Both the position numbers and the translations under genes were made by a program. Below, one piece after another: positions 50,603 through 58,622 of a DNA stretch of 64,000 nucleotides. The notes below the pieces were generated by a model that searched no databases, had not been told where the DNA came from, and saw only the letters and a list, made by a program, of their open reading frames with translations. Source of the stretch: an uncultured Thermodesulfobacteriota bacterium (GTDB lineage Bacteria > Desulfobacterota > WTBG01 > CAIYCZ01 > CAIRTM01); the NCBI GenBank assembly GCA_964566035.1, contig CAZMHH010000002.1, positions 64,013-128,012 of the forward strand, in the 5' to 3' direction. Numbering within the stretch: the first letter of the stretch is position 1; each line of letters begins with the position of its first letter.

Positions 50603-52576
50603 ATGAGTAAGATAAAAACAGGTGTATATATATGTCACTGCGGTGTAAATATTACATCTACCATTGATATAGACAGGTTGACTCAGTTTGCAGAGGAACT
50701 GCCAAGTGTATCCGTCGCCAAGCAGTATATCTACCTCTGTTCTGATCCCGGTCAGGAACTCTTAAGAAAAGATATTAAAGAGCTTGGACTGAACCGTATT
50801 GTTGTCGCCTCCTGCTCACCTCGTATGCATGAACCCACGTTCAGGAAGGTAATGAGAAGTGCAGGGTTAAACCCTTATTGTCTTGAGATTGCAAATATCA
50901 GGGAACAGTGCAGTTGGGTTCATGAGGATAAAGATAAAGCGACCCGGAAAGCTGAATCAATACTTGCAGCATCAGTTGCAAAAGCCCGTCTGCTTGAGCC
51001 TCTCACAGAAAAGCAGGTGGATGTTACCCCTTCAGCACTTGTAATAGGTGCCGGAATTGCCGGTATTCAGGCAGCCCTTGATATTGCTGATAATGGATTT
51101 AAGGTCTATCTTGTTGAAAAAGAGCCGAGCATCGGGGGACATATGGTACAGCTTGACAAAACCTTTCCAACACTTGACTGTTCAGCCTGCATACTGACCC
51201 CAAAAATGTCTGATGTTGGAAACCATCCAAATATTGAACTCCACTCATACTCCGAAGTAGAGGAAGTAAAAGGTTTCATCGGGAACTTTAAGGTAAAAAT
51301 AAAGAAGAAACCAAGATATATTATTGAAGAAAAATGCAACGCATGCGGGCAATGTGTATCATACTGCCCCGTAGAAATACCCGATCCGTTCAACATGAAT
51401 CTGTCCACAATGAAGTGTCTCTATATTCCTTTTCCTCAGGCAGTGCCTGCAAGCTATGTGATTGATCCTGAACACTGCAGATATACCCTGCGAAGAGAGT
51501 GCAAACAGTGCGAACCGGTCTGCAAGGAACTGAATGCAATTGACCTGAAACAGAAAGAAAAATTTATTGATATAGAGGTTGGTACAATAGTTGTGGCAAC
51601 AGGGTTTGATACCTTTGACCCCAAACTTAAACCAGAGTTTGGATACGGTTATTATCCAAATGTTATAACAGGGCTTGAGTTTGAACGTCTCTCATCAGCC
51701 TCAGGTCCCAATCTTGGAGAGTTGAAAATTCACGGTAAAAAACCAAAAGATGTTGTTTTTATCCAGTGTGTTGGATCAAGGGATAAGACGGTTGGAAATG
51801 AATACTGTTCAAGGGTCTGCTGCATGTATACAGCAAAGCAGGCACACCTTGTCAGGGAAAAAATTCCCGATGCCAATGTGACGGTTTTTTATATGGATGT
51901 CCGGGCATTTGGAAAAGGGTTTGAAGAGTTTTATGACAGAGTAAAACATGAAGGTATTGTATATCGAAGAGGAAATGTTGCTGATGTTTTCAGGAGAAAA
52001 GACCGCCTTGTAGTCCGTGCTGAAGATACGCTTATGAGTCAGCCCGTAGAGGTTGAGGCGGATCTTGTAGTACTTGCGGTTGGAATGGTTCCGGGCAAGG
52101 ACAGTGCCGCTCTTGCAAAAACCCTTAAACTCTCCAATTCTGCAGACAGGTTCTTCCTTGAAGCCCACCCCAAGCTAAGGCCTGTTGATACTGCTACAGA
52201 CGGTGTGTTTGTTGCCGGATGCTGCCAGGGACCCAAGGATATCCCTGACACTGTTGCTCAGGCAAGCGGAGCTGCTGCCAGGGCTTGTATACCGCTTTCA
52301 CAGGGAAAGGTTACAACTGAGGCTATTGTTTCCTTTGTAGATGAGCGGGTATGCCGGGGATGTGCGCTCTGTGTTGATGCATGTCCTTATGAGGCTATTG
52401 AACTTAAAATAATTGACCGTGCGGGAAAACAGGTTCAGGTTGCATGGGTAAACGAGGTTCTCTGCAAAGGATGCGGCACCTGTGTGGCTGCATGTAATTG
52501 CGGAGTTATGCAGCAGAGATCCTTTAATGATCATCAGATACTGTCAATGATAGAAACGCTGAGTGAACAAATATGA
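50603..52576 (+). CDS. hdrA: Heterodisulfide reductase subunit A (FAD-containing, electron-bifurcating HdrA-type)
   Basis: 657 aa. N-terminal Cys cluster (YICHCG...C..C). FAD/Rossmann motif VIGAGIAGIQAALDIADNG. Inserted ferredoxin motif CNACGQCVSYCP. Thioredoxin-reductase-like CSRVCCMY. C-terminal 2x[4Fe-4S] CRGCALCVDACP and CKGCGTCVAAC. Confidence 0.9.
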   Translation: MSKIKTGVYICHCGVNITSTIDIDRLTQFAEELPSVSVAKQYIYLCSDPGQELLRKDIKELGLNRIVVASCSPRMHEPTFRKVMRSAGLNPYCLEIANIREQCSWVHEDKDKATRKAESILAASVAKARLLEPLTEKQVDVTPSALVIGAGIAGIQAALDIADNGFKVYLVEKEPSIGGHMVQLDKTFPTLDCSACILTPKMSDVGNHPNIELHSYSEVEEVKGFIGNFKVKIKKKPRYIIEEKCNACGQCVSYCPVEIPDPFNMNLSTMKCLYIPFPQAVPASYVIDPEHCRYTLRRECKQCEPVCKELNAIDLKQKEKFIDIEVGTIVVATGFDTFDPKLKPEFGYGYYPNVITGLEFERLSSASGPNLGELKIHGKKPKDVVFIQCVGSRDKTVGNEYCSRVCCMYTAKQAHLVREKIPDANVTVFYMDVRAFGKGFEEFYDRVKHEGIVYRRGNVADVFRRKDRLVVRAEDTLMSQPVEVEADLVVLAVGMVPGKDSAALAKTLKLSNSADRFFLEAHPKLRPVDTATDGVFVAGCCQGPKDIPDTVAQASGAAARACIPLSQGKVTTEAIVSFVDERVCRGCALCVDACPYEAIELKIIDRAGKQVQVAWVNEVLCKGCGTCVAACNCGVMQQRSFNDHQILSMIETLSEQI

Positions 52577-52995
52577 GCACATTTGAACCAAACATTATAG
52601 CCTTTCTTTGTAACTGGTGTTCTTATGCCGGGGCGGATTTAACAGGCACAAGCCGCATACATTATCCCTCTAACCTTAAAGTAATTAGGGTGATGTGCAC
52701 TGGAAGACTAAATCCTCTTTTTGTGGTACAGTCTCTCAGGCAGGGAGCAGACGGTGTTCTTATTTCAGGGTGTCACCCCGGAGAATGTCATTACATGAAA
52801 GGCAATTATCTTGCAAGGAGAAGGTTTATACTTATGCGAAAACTCCTTGAGTTTGTAGGGATAGACCCGTTAAGACTTCGGATGAGCTGGGTGTCCGCCT
52901 CTGAAGGCAAGAAGTTTGCCGACGTTGTAACAACTGTTACTGAAGACATAAGAAAAATTGGACCAATGCCTTCTTTTATTAGAGATGTAAAATGA
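52573..52995 (+). CDS. MvhD-like [2Fe-2S] protein (methyl-viologen-reducing hydrogenase delta subunit homologue; FlxD-type)
   Basis: 140 aa. Begins ..IIAFLCNWCSYAGADLTG, the MvhD signature, with further Cys (CTGR...GCHPGECHY). Overlaps the hdrA stop (ATGA). Confidence 0.85.
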   Translation: MSTFEPNIIAFLCNWCSYAGADLTGTSRIHYPSNLKVIRVMCTGRLNPLFVVQSLRQGADGVLISGCHPGECHYMKGNYLARRRFILMRKLLEFVGIDPLRLRMSWVSASEGKKFADVVTTVTEDIRKIGPMPSFIRDVK

Positions 52996-53963
52996 ATATT
53001 CAAAAAATAAGGGAAGAAGCCCTCAAAGCAATAAGTGATAAGGATGTAAAATACCTTATAGGCTATAAACAGGGGAGTTACGGATTCAGGATATCCCCGG
53101 TATTTATCAGAAACAAGGATGAAGTGGAAAGCCTTGTTTTCAATCCGCTCTGCCAGTTGGGACTTGTAACATATCTTACAAAGGATGAGGTAATCCCGAT
53201 TGTTGATGAGGCAAAAAAGCATGCTTCAAAAATTGCCATACTTGTAAGAGGATGTGACTCAAGGGCGATAAATCAACTGGTTGCAGAAAAGGGGATACCA
53301 AGAGAAAGTCTCTATATTATCGGAATTCCATGCACAGGCGTGATAGAACTTAAGAAAATTGAGAACAAATTCCCGGGTGTATCATCAAATGCGGATGTTA
53401 AAGAAGAGGGTGATAATTACATTATTACGGTTGACGATCAAACCCATACTGTGCCGAAACAGGAACTGCTGGCGGAACTTTGCAAGACCTGTCCCCATCC
53501 CAGTCCTCTTAGTTATGACAAGCTTGCTGGAGATGAAATAAAATCCAAAACAGATACTTTTGAAGACATAAAGCTCTGGGAAGAAAAACCTGCTGAAGAG
53601 AGATTTGACTTCTGGCTGAATCAGTTTGACCGATGCATAAGATGTTATGCATGCAGGAATGCCTGTCCTCTCTGTTACTCTATTGTCTGTACACTGGAAG
53701 ACACTCAGTGGGTAAAACGCTCAAGCACAACTTCTGAGAATTTTATGTTTCATATGACCGCCGCCTTTCATCTTGCAGGAAGGTGTATAAACTGCGGGGA
53801 GTGTGAGCGGGTATGCCCTATGGAACTTCCCATTATGAAACTCAACCGCAAACTTGAAAAAGATGCGCGAGAGCTGTTCGGACATGAATCAGGCAAGACT
53901 GCTGATACAAAAACCCCCCTTACAAGCTTTGAATTAGAAGACAAAGAAGATTTTATATTGTAA
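52992..53963 (+). CDS. Iron-sulfur protein with two [4Fe-4S] ferredoxin motifs (FlxC-like)
   Basis: 323 aa. Motifs CIRCYACRNACPLCYS and CINCGECERVCP in the C-terminal half. Overlaps the preceding stop (ATGA). Assignment is by context. Confidence 0.55.
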   Translation: MNIQKIREEALKAISDKDVKYLIGYKQGSYGFRISPVFIRNKDEVESLVFNPLCQLGLVTYLTKDEVIPIVDEAKKHASKIAILVRGCDSRAINQLVAEKGIPRESLYIIGIPCTGVIELKKIENKFPGVSSNADVKEEGDNYIITVDDQTHTVPKQELLAELCKTCPHPSPLSYDKLAGDEIKSKTDTFEDIKLWEEKPAEERFDFWLNQFDRCIRCYACRNACPLCYSIVCTLEDTQWVKRSSTTSENFMFHMTAAFHLAGRCINCGECERVCPMELPIMKLNRKLEKDARELFGHESGKTADTKTPLTSFELEDKEDFIL

Positions 53964-54097
53964 AATAAGTCTATGGATGATTGGCTATAGCAGAAAAACC
54001 GGGGGTATGGACCAGCAGTCAGGGGGAGAAGAAAAACAGGCTAAAGCAATAAGCTGATAGCTTTTCGTATTTTATCTATTTTAGGTATTCAATATTT

Positions 54098-55120
54098 ATG
54101 AAATCGTATTTACTCCACCAGGATAAGTTAGGCGACTTCTTAAAAACGCTTGATGAATACAGGGTTTTTGCACCTGTTAAAAGAGACACTGTCACCGTGC
54201 TCCAGGTTTACCAAAACCCTCAGGATACACCTCTTGACCTCGCATCTCAGCCTCAGATTACAAAGAAAAGCATTTTCCCCCATACAGAGGAACTTTTCAA
54301 GTTTGACAAAGGAGCAGCTATAGCAGATTCATCCAAGAGCCTTTTATCAAATAAGACAGTTGTATTTGGAATAAGACCCTGTGATGCTGTAAGTTTTCTT
54401 ACAATTGATCCTGTGTTTGACAATGATTTTCCTGACCCCTACTATATAAACCGCAGAAAGAGCACAATATTAATTGCCCTTGCCTGCAACAAGTCTTTTG
54501 CAAACTGTTTCTGTACATCATTGGGCAAGAGCCCTTTTTCAACTGAAGGTGTCGATGTTTTATTTGTGGACTTGGGCAGCAAATTTCTGGTGGAACCGGT
54601 TTCAGAAAAAGCTGAAGATATAATAAAAAAAACATCGTCGATTCTTGAACCTGCAACAGATGAAGATATTGAAGAGAAACAGAGAATAGCTGAGTCTGCA
54701 TCAAAATCTGTCAAACGGAGCATTGATCTTAAAGGTATGCCAGAGAAACTCTCAGAACTTTTTGAGCATCCTGTCTGGAAGGAGCTTTCCTCAAAATGTA
54801 CTGGATGCGGAATCTGTACATATACCTGCCCGACCTGCTACTGTTTTGACATACAGGATGAAGCTGCAATGCACAACAGGGGGAGAAGGGTAAGGATATG
54901 GGATTCATGCATGTATGATGAATATACCCGCCATGCTTCAGGACACAATCCAAGGCCAACAAGAACAGAAAGACTTAAAAACAGAATATACCACAAGTTT
55001 AAATACCATGTGGATAACGTGGGCATGTTCGGGTGTGTCGGGTGTGGCAGATGCATCTCATTGTGCCCGTTTAATGTAGATCTTATTGAAACACTCACAG
55101 CGGTAAAGAGTATTGCATGA
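54098..55120 (+). CDS. Iron-sulfur subunit, sulfhydrogenase-beta / AsrA-like (FlxB-like)
   Basis: 340 aa. C-terminal motifs CTGCGICTYTCPTCYC and CVGCGRCISLCP. Overlaps the next gene by 4 nt. Confidence 0.6.
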   Translation: MKSYLLHQDKLGDFLKTLDEYRVFAPVKRDTVTVLQVYQNPQDTPLDLASQPQITKKSIFPHTEELFKFDKGAAIADSSKSLLSNKTVVFGIRPCDAVSFLTIDPVFDNDFPDPYYINRRKSTILIALACNKSFANCFCTSLGKSPFSTEGVDVLFVDLGSKFLVEPVSEKAEDIIKKTSSILEPATDEDIEEKQRIAESASKSVKRSIDLKGMPEKLSELFEHPVWKELSSKCTGCGICTYTCPTCYCFDIQDEAAMHNRGRRVRIWDSCMYDEYTRHASGHNPRPTRTERLKNRIYHKFKYHVDNVGMFGCVGCGRCISLCPFNVDLIETLTAVKSIA

Positions 55121-55941
55121 AAAACTTCTACATCCCGGAAATAGCAACCGTTACTGATGTCCGCGAGGAAGCCTCCGGGCAGAGACCAATTAAGACCTTC
55201 AGGGTTGAGCTTGCTGATGGTAAGGATTTTAATCAAAAACCTGGGCAGTGTGCCATGATAGGGGTTCTTGGCATTGGCGAAAGTATGATATCAATTGCAT
55301 CATCTCCTACAAAAAAAGGTTATCTTGAGTTCAGTATCATGAAGCTCGGCAAGGTGACTTCTGCTTTTCATGCTCTTGAACCGGGTGATGCCATAACAAT
55401 AAGGGGTCCTTATGGCAACGGATTTCCGTTAGAAGAGTGGAAGGGTAAAAACATAGTTACAGTGGGGGGTGGAATAGGTCAAGCACCGCTCCGTCCCATT
55501 ATACAGTATATCCTTGATAACAGAGCCGACTTTGGGACTCTTGATGTAATCTATGGAGCCAGAAGTTCAAATGATTTATGTTTTAAGCATGAGCTTTTTG
55601 ATCTTGAAAAAAGCCCTGGCTTGAATGTTCATCTTTCAATAGATGCTGCCGAGCCTGAATGGACACGGTTTGTAGGATTCGTGCCTTCAAATCTTCTCAA
55701 TGTTAAACCGAAGCCTGAAAACACTTTAGCTGTTACCTGCGGACCAGGGGTCATGATAAAATATGTAATAAAAAACTTTATTGAACTTGGTTTTGCAGAT
55801 GATCAGATTTTCACTACACTTGAAAACAGGATGAAATGCGGGGTGGGCATCTGCGGCAGATGTAATGTTACAAACCTTTATGTCTGCAAAGACGGCCCTG
55901 TTTTTAATTACAGCGTGCTGAAAAATCTGTCGGAATACTGA
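55117..55941 (+). CDS. FAD/NAD(P)H-binding oxidoreductase subunit with C-terminal [2Fe-2S] (sulfhydrogenase-gamma / AsrB / PyrK-like; FlxA-like)
   Basis: 274 aa. FAD-binding RxYS-like segment, NAD-binding GGGIGQAPL, and C-terminal CGVGICGRC. Confidence 0.75.
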   Translation: MKNFYIPEIATVTDVREEASGQRPIKTFRVELADGKDFNQKPGQCAMIGVLGIGESMISIASSPTKKGYLEFSIMKLGKVTSAFHALEPGDAITIRGPYGNGFPLEEWKGKNIVTVGGGIGQAPLRPIIQYILDNRADFGTLDVIYGARSSNDLCFKHELFDLEKSPGLNVHLSIDAAEPEWTRFVGFVPSNLLNVKPKPENTLAVTCGPGVMIKYVIKNFIELGFADDQIFTTLENRMKCGVGICGRCNVTNLYVCKDGPVFNYSVLKNLSEY

Positions 55942-56158
55942 AATAGCAATTTAGCTTGTAGCTGATAGTTTGCAGTAAATCCTTTTTTCCCGGTCGTGAT
56001 TGTAGTTATAGTCAAGGCTGTGCTCAGCAGTCAGATATCAGAATAGAAAAAGCATTTGTAAGTGTTAGTGTAAAAAGGCTTTTAATATTTTACTACGGGC
56101 TTAATTGCTATTTTTTTTATTCACCTTTTAATTTTGTATTAAGAAAGGAGGAACTCTT

Positions 56159-57988
56159 ATGAACGGATGGGCGGGAAAAATCTTAAGAGTTGATCTAACA
56201 AACGGGACTTTTAAAGATGAAGATTTAGATTTAGAACTTGCAAAAAACTATGTGGGGGGAAGAGGGCTTGCAACAAAGATGCTCTTTGATGAGATAGACC
56301 CTAAAATTGATGCTTTGAGTCCGGAAAATAAACTTATTTTTGCATCTGGTCCCTTAACAGGTACAGGCGCTATTGCAGCGTCACGTTATATGGTAATAAC
56401 CAAATCGCCTCTGACCGGCTACATTGCCTGTTCAAACTCCGGTGGTTATTTCGGACCTGAGATGAAATACGCAGGCTATGACATGTTTATATTTGAAGGA
56501 AAATCTCCCGAGCCTGTATATCTCTTCATAGCCGGCGATACCATCGAGCTAAGACCGGCAACAGAGCTCTGGGGCAAGACCACGCATGAAACAGAAGATG
56601 CAATTCGTGAAACTATCGGAATGCCCTGGAAGGGTGAAATGTTTAGAATTGCAAGCATTGGCCCTGCAGGAGAAAAACTTTCCCGTGCAGCCTGTATTAT
56701 TAATGATAAGGCACGGGCTGCGGGCAGATCTGGGGTTGGAGCTGTGATGGGCTCCAAGAATTTAAAAGCAATAGCAATAAAGGGCTCAAAACCTATAAAT
56801 ATTGCCCAACATGAAAGATTCAGGGAAATTGTCCGTGAAAACATTCAGAAAAACCGCTCTGATGCTGCAAAGGTAACAGCTCAGGCGCTTCCTGTATTTG
56901 GCACCTCAATACTTGTAAACATAATAAATGAAAGCGGAATACTGTGTACCAGAAACTTTCAGGCAGGCACGTTTGAAGGAGCAGGTAAAATAAGCGGTGA
57001 GACAATTGTGGATACAATCCTTAGAAGAAGAAGGGGATGTTTTTCATGTCCCATGTCCTGCGGAAGGGTTACAGAATCAATAGACCCCAAATTTCCAGGG
57101 CATGGAGAGGGGCCGGAGTATGAGACTGTTGCACTTTTTGGAGCTTCATGCGGTGTTGATAACCTGTCTGCTGTTGCAAAGGCTAACTTTATATGTAACG
57201 AACTTGGTATTGATACAATTGAGGCTGGAAATATTGTTGCCTGTGCTATGGAACTCTATGAAAAGGGTTATCTGCCTGAGTCAGATATTGGTTTCAAGGC
57301 AAACTTCGGGGATGCAGAAGCACTCGTAAAACTGACTGAGTTGATGGGTAAAAGAGAGGGCATTGGCGATCTGCTTTCTGAAGGCGGCCATGCCCTGGCA
57401 GAAAAATATGGACATCCGGAGCTATTTATGGGTGTAAAAAATCAAGGGCTCCCGGCTTATGATCCAAGAGGTGTTCAGGGCATGGGATTGAGTTATGCAA
57501 CATCAAACAGAGGCGCCTGTCATGTGAGAAGCTATCTTATTGCTATTGAAATACTCGGGGTAAATGTTAAGGTTGATCCTTTTACAACAGAAAACAAAGC
57601 ATCTCTGTTAAGAAATTTCCAGGATTTTACAGCAGTGATTGACTCCGCGGGGCTTTGTCTATTTGTAAGCCTTGCAGAAGGTTATGGTCAGGATGATGTT
57701 GCCGAGCTTCTTACCGCTGTAACCGGAGAGACCTATACAAAAGATGATGTTATGGCAATAGGTGAGAGAATCTGGACTCTTGAACGTCTCTTCAATATAA
57801 AAGCCGGCCTTACCAAGGCGGAAGACACTCTTCCCCCAAGGTTTCTATCAGAGCCCCTGCCTGATGGACCTGCAAAGGGTAAGGTATGTAAGCTTGAAGA
57901 GATGCTTAAAGAATACTATCAGCTCAGGGGATGGGATGACAATGGCATTCCGCCTGCTGATAAATTGTCACAGATAGGTTTGAACTGA
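56159..57988 (+). CDS. aor: Aldehyde:ferredoxin oxidoreductase (tungsten/molybdopterin AOR family)
   Basis: 609 aa. N-terminus MNGWAGKILRVDLTNG is the classic AOR start. [4Fe-4S] motif CFSCPMSCGR. Large C-terminal pterin-binding domains. Strong RBS AAAGGAGG. Confidence 0.9.
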   Translation: MNGWAGKILRVDLTNGTFKDEDLDLELAKNYVGGRGLATKMLFDEIDPKIDALSPENKLIFASGPLTGTGAIAASRYMVITKSPLTGYIACSNSGGYFGPEMKYAGYDMFIFEGKSPEPVYLFIAGDTIELRPATELWGKTTHETEDAIRETIGMPWKGEMFRIASIGPAGEKLSRAACIINDKARAAGRSGVGAVMGSKNLKAIAIKGSKPINIAQHERFREIVRENIQKNRSDAAKVTAQALPVFGTSILVNIINESGILCTRNFQAGTFEGAGKISGETIVDTILRRRRGCFSCPMSCGRVTESIDPKFPGHGEGPEYETVALFGASCGVDNLSAVAKANFICNELGIDTIEAGNIVACAMELYEKGYLPESDIGFKANFGDAEALVKLTELMGKREGIGDLLSEGGHALAEKYGHPELFMGVKNQGLPAYDPRGVQGMGLSYATSNRGACHVRSYLIAIEILGVNVKVDPFTTENKASLLRNFQDFTAVIDSAGLCLFVSLAEGYGQDDVAELLTAVTGETYTKDDVMAIGERIWTLERLFNIKAGLTKAEDTLPPRFLSEPLPDGPAKGKVCKLEEMLKEYYQLRGWDDNGIPPADKLSQIGLN

Positions 57989-58027
57989 AAAAATATTATT
58001 AAACAATAATATGAGGAGGAATCTCTC

Positions 58028-58486
58028 ATGAAAACAATAGTAAAAAAGATACAGATGGATTATGACAAATGCACAGGTTGTCGCCACTGCGAAATTGCAT
58101 GCGCTCTGGCGCACACTGAGACAAGTTCAGTAGACCCCAACCAGTCAAGAATAAAGGTTTTTGTGGATCTGGATTCTGGCTACAGCTTTCCTGTAATTTC
58201 AGGCCCCTATACAGATGCAAAGTGTACATCCAAGAACTACGTCATTATCGGCGGACAGAAATTCAATACATGTATGCTCTGCAGGGTTGCATGTCCTGAA
58301 AAACCCTTCTTCTTTGAGCCAGGATCAGAGGTTCCATTAAAGTGTGATCTCTGCGGTGATCCACCGGATCCTTCATGTGTTAAATGGTGTACAAGCGAAG
58401 CACTCTCTATGATAGAAGTTGAAGAGGACGTTGAAGAGGAAACAGTTGAAGAGACTGATTCCGACTTTGATGATGATGAGGAATAA
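58028..58486 (+). CDS. Polyferredoxin-like [4Fe-4S] electron-transfer protein with acidic C-terminal tail (AOR-associated)
   Basis: 152 aa. Motifs CTGCRHCEIAC, CMLCRVACP and CDLC...C..WC. C-terminal EEDVEEETVEETDSDFDDDEE. RBS GAGGAGG. Confidence 0.75.
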   Translation: MKTIVKKIQMDYDKCTGCRHCEIACALAHTETSSVDPNQSRIKVFVDLDSGYSFPVISGPYTDAKCTSKNYVIIGGQKFNTCMLCRVACPEKPFFFEPGSEVPLKCDLCGDPPDPSCVKWCTSEALSMIEVEEDVEEETVEETDSDFDDDEE

Positions 58487-58510
58487 CTTAAAGCTAATAA
58501 CTATCTATAT

Positions 58511-58545
58511 AAAAAAGGCTATGGAATAATCACCATAGCCTTTTG
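58511..58545. terminator. Bidirectional rho-independent terminator between the aor-ferredoxin operon and the convergent BNR-protein gene
   Basis: AAAAAAGGCTATGG-aataatca-CCATAGCCTTTTG. An 8-bp stem (58517-58524 / 58533-58540) flanked by an A-run and a T-run. Confidence 0.7.
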
Positions 58546-58622
58546 TATTAGGTATGTTTATAGAACCTTTTTTTGCTATAATTTAAAGTAATTTGTCATG
58601 TTTTTATCCCGTTTTACTCAAT

